From positions 1 through 51,612 of the forward strand of contig CAXHJY010001154.1 of the NCBI GenBank assembly GCA_964016885.1: 51,612 bases of DNA, read 5' to 3'. Shown one piece after another: positions 42,416 through 51,612 of this stretch. How positions within the stretch are numbered: the first letter of the stretch is position 1; each line of letters starts with the position of its first letter. The DNA is from Eledone cirrhosa (lineage: Eukaryota). A program made the position numbers and the translations under genes. The notes beneath the pieces were generated by a model, which saw only the letters and a list, made by a program, of their open reading frames with translations, was not told the DNA's origin and searched no databases.

Positions 42416-43017
42416 TGGTGGCTGCCAACTCGTTTTCGAGTACGGCCACTACTTTATATCCATGTAGGAGAACTCCTACCGATGCGCTGAATGAGTGTGA
42501 CTTTTTAGTCCAGCCAGCGACTTGAAAACTCTGGTACAAACACTACACTTGTGACAATTATTGACACATAGTGCTGGGCCCATGGTACCATGTGACGACA
42601 AGTGCAGAGAGATCTCCGGATATAAAGTAATGCCTGTGCCGTGAAGCTTTTATAGTGAGCAAAGGCACTGCACAAAGCCAGTCCCACTCTCTTAACCAAG
42701 ATGATATTTACCAAAAAGAAGTCAACATAATTGGATACCATCAGAGTTGCAGGTGTTATATCAGAGTTTTCCTTCTCCTAGAATTCTGCCTTGACAAAGG
42801 CTAAGGGTCATCTCTCCCGGTGATTTTGGATGGCAATTGACTCTTAAGAGCTCCTTTGCCCTTTGGCAGGTTTTGTTTTTAGTCCTGCAGGATGTCCAAA
42901 GCCACCCTCCTCACCAAGAAACCTTGGTGGGGTTGCCAGTTTAGTCGCCAACGACCCGACCATGAGACAGGTTGTACTGGGATACATGTTACAAGTAGCA
43001 CCAACTGGTGACCTGAC
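42416..43017 (-). mobile_element. Bipartite RTE-derived non-autonomous element (copy 2)
   Basis: Same ends and near identity to 26026-26626. Confidence 0.8.
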
Positions 43018-43704
43018 ATACACACACACATATATATATATATATACATGCTCATATCAATTCATACATACATGCATACATGTATCTCGGTGTATATATA
43101 TATATATATATACAGGCATATATACATACCTACAAATTTCTATGCATACATTCATGCATATCAATGTACATATATACAGGTATATATGCATTCAGACGTC
43201 TATACATACGTACGTACATACATACATATAAACCTCTATACATACATACATATAAACCTCTATACATACATACATACATATAAACCTCTATACATACATA
43301 CATACATACATACATACATACATACATACGAATCTCTATACATACATACATACATACATACAAATCTCTATACATACATACATACAAATCTCTATACATA
43401 CATATATACATATTGATGTATATAGATGAAATGTATTGACAGGCTCATATGTACTAATGAGATATACATCTGTGCTGGTATATAGACATTACATATATAT
43501 GCCACGCATTCACTTATATATATATTAGCTAATCCATAAAACTGTCTCAAAGAACGAAGACATATAACTTAGTTGTGGGTGACGGGTTAGAATTCTGCAT
43601 GGAAAAACGTAAATATATCTGAAAGAAAACATAAAAATGGAAAACGGAAAATTCTATAGCAGATACTATGTCAAATGTTACGTATTTATTATTCAATATA
43701 TACT

Positions 43705-43977
43705 ATTGTTGTTGTTGTTTAACCATAGGTCCTTCCTGCCCAGAAGAAACGATCTAAGATTAAACTTATGACCAAAAGCCATTCAATTTGTGATCTTCCC
43801 CATCTGTTTATAATTATATAAGTTTATATTATCGTGAAAGCACGTGGCTTAGAAGTTAGAGTTGGATTCGCAATCGTGAGGTTGCGAGTTCAATTCTCGG
43901 ACTGGGTTATGACCAAAACCCATGCCATTCGTGATCTTCACCATCTGCTTATAATTATATAAGTTTATACTATCGTG
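43705..43977. repeat. Minus-strand (CAA)-tailed retroposon end plus family B SINE head, with a ~140-bp tandem duplication
   Basis: TTATGACCAAAA..CCATCTG.TTATAATTATATAAGTTTATA.TATCGTG at 43766 and 43907; SINE head at 43837-43906. Confidence 0.7.
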
Positions 43978-44470
43978 GAGCAAAGCCTGAGCGGCGTGCC
44001 ACAGCTTGAGATCGGTGTGGAAGTCGGACCTTCGTAAAGACCTGAAAATCCGCCTCTTCATTGCTGTAGTGGAGTCTGTGCTGCTGTACCGGTCTGAGAC
44101 TTGGACACTGGCCAAGAAACTCACTCAGATGGTGGATGGGTGCTACACGAGAATGCTGAGGATGGCTCTGAACATTTGAAAAACTCAGAGCTGTATGGGA
44201 GCCTCAAAGTCAGCTCAAAAGTGACACAGAAGGGACTAAGGTTAGCTGGACATGCTCACCGACATCCAGAGTTGACATTGCACTCAGTGCTCCTGTGGGG
44301 GCCCCTACATGGACACACTGGAAGAGGAAGACCAAGGTTAACGTATGCTGATGCCCTAAGGACAGACACTGGTCTGTTGGAGACGCAGGACATGGCAGCG
44401 ATAATGAGGCACAGAGACCGCTGGAGAGAACTCGTCCATGGATCTCGGGAATTTTACCCGCCCTAGATAG
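43978..44470 (+). mobile_element. RTE-like LINE 3' fragment with 11-bp TSD
   Basis: Closely matches 17134-17577; TSD ATACTATCGTG at 43967-43977 and 44471-44481. Confidence 0.88.
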
Positions 44471-44481
44471 ATACTATCGTG

Positions 44482-44827
44482 AAGGCACGTGGCTTAGTGG
44501 TTAGAGAGTGGATTCGTAATCGTGAGGTTGTGAGTTCAATTTTCAGACTGGGTGATGCGTTATGTCCTTAAGCAAGACACTTTATTTCATGTTGCTCCAG
44601 TTTTCTCAGTTGCAGAAATGAATTGCGACGTCACTAGTGCCAAGCTGTATCGGTCATTGCCTTTCCCTTGGACAATATCAGTGGCGTGGAGGTGGGAGAC
44701 TGGTATACATGAGCGACTGTTGGTCTTCCACAAATAACCTTGCTCGGACTTGTGCCTCGGAGGGAAACTTTCTAGGTCCAAATCCCATGGTCATTCGTGG
44801 CCGAAGGGGGTCTTTACCCTTTTACCT
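44482..44827 (+). mobile_element. Family B SINE
   Basis: TGGCTTAGTGG A box, GAGTTCAATT B box, GTCCTTAAGCAAGACACTT core. Confidence 0.85.
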
Positions 44828-44879
44828 ATTATATAATGTCATAAATTATTAATGGTCTGGAAGTCACTCTTAAGGAAGT

Positions 44880-45050
44880 GTATTGAGATGCGACTTCTTT
44901 TTAGCAACGGTTGTATATGTCTTGTTATACAGATGCAAGACATGGGCTCTCACAGCAGCAGCCCGAAAATCAGATAGATACAAGACACTCCAACATGTTA
45001 CATATGGTTCTTAAACATTCCTTGGAAGAACCAACCACACCAACAACATC
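44880..45050 (+). mobile_element. Old RTE-like fragment
   Basis: Degenerate translation R..LATVVYVLLYRCKTWALT, the same region as LFIAVVESVLLYGSETWTLT. Confidence 0.5.
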
Positions 45051-45671
45051 GACAAACTTTAGTGGAGCCCATTCTTTTACAAATATAGACACCAGGTCCG
45101 AAATTTGAGGAGACCTTCACCTGAGTCCAAATCCCATCATGGCTCACTTGAATTGTAATATGTCAAACGGTTTAGCACCACAACTTGGATACTGGGAGAC
45201 CATTTTTGTTTTTTACAAATATGGACACTAGATCTCCAATTTAAGAAGATCTTTCCCATTCTTTCCCTCACTCCTACCATTCTCGGAGAAGAGGGCTTCT
45301 TCCGTGAAAAATGGTTATACGTACAGCCCCGCTCTCCTGACTAAACGATAACAATGAGATATACATTTCCCGAACAAGAATAAAATTTAGTTTACAAATA
45401 AATGGTTATATTAGGCCAGAGCAAACCAAGTTCGAATCCCAGGTTTCATTTCTGCTCATAAATATTTCATTACACTTATGTCATTTATGTTCTTCCGATA
45501 GTGAAGAATGTTATCCAACCATTCTCTAAATCCAATACGTTTGTCTGTTGATATAACCCAGCCGGAAGTACGGCGTGGTTTCATCTGTGACGTCAGTATT
45601 TGCTCATCTATATATGCATACATACATTTAGACACACACACATACACGAATATATACAAACACACACATAG

Positions 45672-45677
<6 letters not shown>

Positions 45678-45755
<78 letters not shown>

Positions 45756-45881
45756 GAAAGTAGATAAATGTACATATGTATATATATTTATATATGTATG
45801 TATATATATTTATATATGTATGTATATATATATATAAATGTACATATGTATATATATTTATATATGTATATATATAAATGA

Positions 45882-45919
<38 letters not shown>

Positions 45920-46306
45920 GTGTGTGTATATATATATATATATATACACACACATTTATATATATACACACACATTTATATATATATATACACACACACA
46001 CACGCGCTATCTTATGTCTATCATAAAAAAACAAACAAATGTCTACGTTCATGGAATGACAATGTTTGTAGATGTATGTATGTGTATGTTTGCCTGTCTG
46101 CATGTCTGTTTACTAATATATACATATTGAGCTATATATATATGTGGGTGTGTGATGTGTGTATCAGCATATACTAGTCTCAATATTTCACTATTTTTTT
46201 ATTTAGGTATTTGGTCTTCAACTTGCTTACGTTTGTGTATTTATGTATGGTTTGTGATTGTAGTGATACATGTGTGTGTGTACACATGTATGTCCTTGTA
46301 TTTACG

Positions 46307-46346
<40 letters not shown>

Positions 46347-46605
46347 CGTGCAGACACCCACACATATATGTACATATATACACACATATATATATACACA
46401 TATATATACACATATACACACATACATATATATGTACATATATATACACACGTACATATATATGTACATATATATACACATGTACATACACACACATAAA
46501 CTCACATGTACACATGTACATCTATATACACATATATATACATATACACACATACATATATATGTACATATATATACACACGTATATACGTACACTCACA
46601 CATAT

Positions 46606-46648
<43 letters not shown>

Positions 46649-47348
46649 TACATATATATACACATACATATATATATGTACACGTACATACACATACACA
46701 CACAATATATACACATACATATATATGTACATATATACACATATACACATGCATATATATGTACATATATACACATATACACATGCATATATATGTACAT
46801 ATATACACATATACACACATGCATATATATGTACATATATATATATACACATAAATACACATGCATATATATGTACATATATATATACACATATACACAT
46901 GTATATATATGTACATATATATATACACATATACACATGCATATATATGTACATATATATATACACATATATACACACATATATATATACATATACACAT
47001 ACATATAGATACATATATATACACATATATACACACATACATATAGATACACACACACATATATACATACATTTATATATATATATGTATATATATACAC
47101 ACACACATATATATACACATACACACATACATATATACACACATATATATACACACACACACACATATATATACACACACATACATATATATATACACAC
47201 ACACATATATATACACACACATATATATATATACACACATACATATATATATATACACACACATATACACACACACATATATATACACACACACATATAC
47301 ACACACACACATATACACACACACACATATATATATACACACACACAC

Positions 47349-47395
<47 letters not shown>

Positions 47396-47524
47396 CACAC
47401 ACATATATACACACATATATACACGCACACACATATATACACACACACACACATATATATATATACACACATACATATATATATATACACAGACACATAT
47501 ACACACACACACACACATATATAT

Positions 47525-47591
<67 letters not shown>

Positions 47592-47610
47592 CACACATTT
47601 ATATATATAA

Positions 47611-47642
<32 letters not shown>

Positions 47643-47878
47643 TACTGGAAGTGAAATAATGTGCGATATTTTTCCATGTCTTTGAATTTCTTTTATATTG
47701 TTTTATATATTTTGTTCCGCTTATTTTTGTTGTTGCTGTTTATTTTTCCTTTGCTTCACCCAGAACATTCAGTTGTGGCTGTCTCCATCACCTCCAGTCT
47801 TGTCCACACACACACTCACATACATAAAGCATCATATACACACACACACACAGACCATCACACACACACACACACATA

Positions 47879-47945
<67 letters not shown>
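45678..47945. repeat. (TC)n(GA)n, TA and CA microsatellite blocks
   Basis: Direct inspection. Confidence 0.93.
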
Positions 47946-47948
<3 letters not shown>

Positions 47949-48629
47949 CCCCTCCCCACCAAGCCTATCCCAATATTTCCAAAATAGTACACACCATTCA
48001 CTACAACCACTGCCGCTACCAGTGCCACCACCACTGTCACCACAACCACTGCCGCCGCTACCACTAGCGTCACCATTACAACCACTATCACCATCAATGC
48101 CACCAACACCATCACTACCACCACCACTAACCACCACCACCACCATCAACACCACCAGCACTACCACCCGCACCTCCACCGCCGCCACCATCACAACAAC
48201 GACGACGACAACGCCTCCACCATCCTCGACCAGCAACCGTCTTCCATAGATAGTGCACATACTGCCAAATAGCAACAAAAACAAGGGATTCCTTTGAAGG
48301 AAAAACGAAGAAAAAAAAAGGAAACGGCAAAGTCAAAATCCAAGAAGCCTTCTTATCTTTATGATAAGTCAGTGAGTTAGTGAGTCGAAGTGTAGAAACT
48401 AATATATGTCAGCCATTGGAGACGAAAGAAAGCAAATGCATTCACACTGCAGCACTCAGCGTGTTTCTATAAACAGGAGAGTTACATAAAGAAAAAAAAA
48501 ATGGCGTCAGTGTTCTTTCGGTGGTTTCCTATTGCTCATATAAATATTTAAAGTCAGAGAAATAATAAACTATCAGATACATCTATCTATATATATACGT
48601 GGGGTGGGGGGGGGGGCTGTGTGTGTGTG

Positions 48630-48693
<64 letters not shown>

Positions 48694-48808
48694 TATTGCG
48701 TCAGATGGAAAATTTTACTTTATACATACATATATACACATACACGTAAACCCACACACCTATATATATATATTTATATACAGAGAGAGAGAGAGATAAG
48801 TATGTATG

Positions 48809-48846
<38 letters not shown>

Positions 48847-49304
48847 GAGTGTCAGAAAGGGGGAGAGAATGAAAGAGCCACATATCTTATATATAAATAA
48901 ACGCGTACACTGAAACACACAGACATTGTACCACTCCTTAGACGAACTTCAATACTAACTACATGACACCCTTTAAGCAATCCCCCAATGTATACTATAC
49001 ATTCCAGCAGACAAAACAAGGAATATACGAACTGAAGATCACAACGCACAATAGGTGTTTTTATGAACAGCTTTAGCAAACCTTACATCATAAAAAACTG
49101 AAACAAGAGAACTAGACACTCTGTTAGAAACAGATCCACTTGTCATGTCAACCCCTCCTATATAACTCTTTAGGGCTACATGGCTAACTTCAACATCAAC
49201 ACCAGATATAAGCTAATAAACAATTTTCCAAATGTGAAGTGGGTATGGTTAATAAGCGCTGTTTTGGCCTTATTAATCTAAAAATTATAATAGATAGGAA
49301 ATGA

Positions 49305-49440
49305 AATTGTTTCTGGTTTAGGCACAAGGGCAACAATTTTGGAGTGAGGAGAAAGTCGATTTTATCCACTACGTAAGGATCAAAGGTAAATCTAACCTCG
49401 GTGGGATTTGAACTCAGAACGTAAAGGGCCGTAATGGAAG
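49305..49440 (-). mobile_element. Diverged family A SINE
   Basis: GGCACAAGG..AAGGATCAAAGGTAAA..AACCTCGGTGGGATTTGAACTCAG. Confidence 0.7.
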
Positions 49441-49543
49441 TGAAACTGCTGTAGTGAATCGTTTTGCTTTCGCATTGCCCGCTAATATTACCCAGTGGTA
49501 TCGAAATGGTAAGGAATTATGCCTGCCAACAAAATACCTAGAG

Positions 49544-49719
49544 CAGGGTTTCCAAAACGCGGAATCCTTCTTTGATTTAGAAACTTTTGGGGAAACCTCA
49601 AAGTTTAAAACTGTTATATGGTCGTAATATAAATATAATCCTCTACCTTTTTTCACGGAACTCCAGACATTCCTTTGCAGAACACTTGGCTTCCGTGGAA
49701 CCCACTTTGGGAACCACTA
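49544..49719. mobile_element. hAT/Charlie-type MITE
   Basis: TIRs CAGGGTTTCCAAAA and TTTGGGAACCACTA; 8-bp TSD ACCTAGAG and AACTAGAG, fitting the CTAGA target preference. Confidence 0.75.
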
Positions 49720-49789
49720 AACTAGAGGGACCATTCTCCTCGATACACACACTCACAAACATAACTATATATGTGTATACACGTGTGTG

Positions 49790-50742
<953 letters not shown>

Positions 50743-50755
50743 TAATATAATATAA

Positions 50756-50789
<34 letters not shown>

Positions 50790-50811
50790 CTTTGATTCGT
50801 ATGAAATTATT

Positions 50812-50850
50812 CTGATGATTTCATAAGAATGAAACAGTTCTAGTCCTGTA
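50812..50850 (+). ncRNA. Hammerhead core, same family as 22953-22981
   Basis: CTGATGA-tttc(ataa)gaat-GAAACAGTTCTAGTC; stem I is not evident. Confidence 0.5.
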
Positions 50851-50855
50851 TATAT

Positions 50856-51032
50856 AATAATTGTTTCTACTTTTGGCCCCAATTATCCCAGTGCATTACT
50901 GGTACTTTATTTTATCGACCCCCCGTAAGGATGAATGGCAAAGTTAACCACGGCGTGATTTGAACTCAGATCATAAAGGGATGTAGCTCTATGCTTCAAA
51001 GCATGGCGTCTGACCCTCTACCGATACTGCCA
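50856..51032 (-). mobile_element. Family A SINE
   Basis: Match to the family. Confidence 0.85.
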
Positions 51033-51102
51033 AGTTTTCTATACTTTACTAAAACACTGAGTGCCTTTTTAACTGCGGTAACCCACTGGCACAACACGGG
51101 CA

Positions 51103-51149
<47 letters not shown>

Positions 51150-51152
<3 letters not shown>

Positions 51153-51352
51153 GCCCTGTTATTTTTATCTAAAGACTTTTTTTTCAACCCCCGTCACCTT
51201 CAATCTATCTTATTTCTCACTCTTTCTTCTGAAGAAGGACTGGAGGACTGGCGTCCGAAACATTAACACCCTCTTCATGTTATTTCAAGCGTTAACCTAA
51301 TATATTCCTTCCATATACTGTGCCGATTGTGTTGTTATTTCTGTTTACCTTT
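51150..51352 (+). mobile_element. Family H HHR-bearing repeat (copy 3)
   Basis: CTGAAGA-a-ggac...gtcc-GAAACATTA at 51229-51265; downstream sequence matches the reverse complement of 23058-23140. Confidence 0.65.
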
Positions 51353-51394
51353 ATATATATATATAATCGTCTTTTTCTCCGTTTTCATATATAT

Positions 51395-51426
<32 letters not shown>

Positions 51427-51612
51427 AAATATTGGAAGACAGAATTAAAGGCGATGGTATATATATGGATATGGCTAAGTCACGTAAAAATGTTGAAGAT
51501 TTAAAATATACATGAATTGAATGCGAAATGGTATTATATATGATTGTACTGTCATATAAACTTGGAGATATTGAAACTGATGACTTGAACAATATCACAA
51601 ATGGAAGAAGAA

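Noticed and set aside
44482-44555. Additional tRNA genes
   Set aside because: These are SINE heads with A/B boxes but no complete cloverleaf.
51430-51612. Coding-looking sequence at the window end
   Set aside because: It is short, has an in-frame stop, shows no recognisable motif and is cut off by the window edge.

Overview
This is AT-rich, microsatellite-dense animal genomic DNA. The SINE families and repeat make-up suggest a cephalopod such as Octopus (inference). I can support no host protein-coding gene, and nearly all long ORFs in the track are microsatellite artefacts. Supported content: (1) a 5'-truncated, nearly intact Penelope-like retroelement (PLE; RT plus GIY-YIG, minus strand) with an inverted hammerhead-bearing segment at its 5' junction; (2) decayed LINEs of three clades: R4/Dong, RTE (one with a 5' inversion, one C2H2-finger 3' end, and two copies of a bipartite non-autonomous derivative) and CRE; (3) about 20 tRNA-derived SINE copies from at least two families; (4) hAT and Tc1/mariner-type MITEs; (5) one intact tRNA-Gln(CTG) gene; (6) several minisatellites, one expanded from inside a SINE. 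The most striking signal is a dense set of more than 10 intact, degenerate or partial type I hammerhead ribozyme (HHR) motifs in short, mutually unrelated elements, most of them embedded in or near (TA)n. Three of these elements are fold-back palindromes of about 130-550 bp with a hammerhead copy or remnant on each arm. All coordinates, alignments and folds were done by eye.
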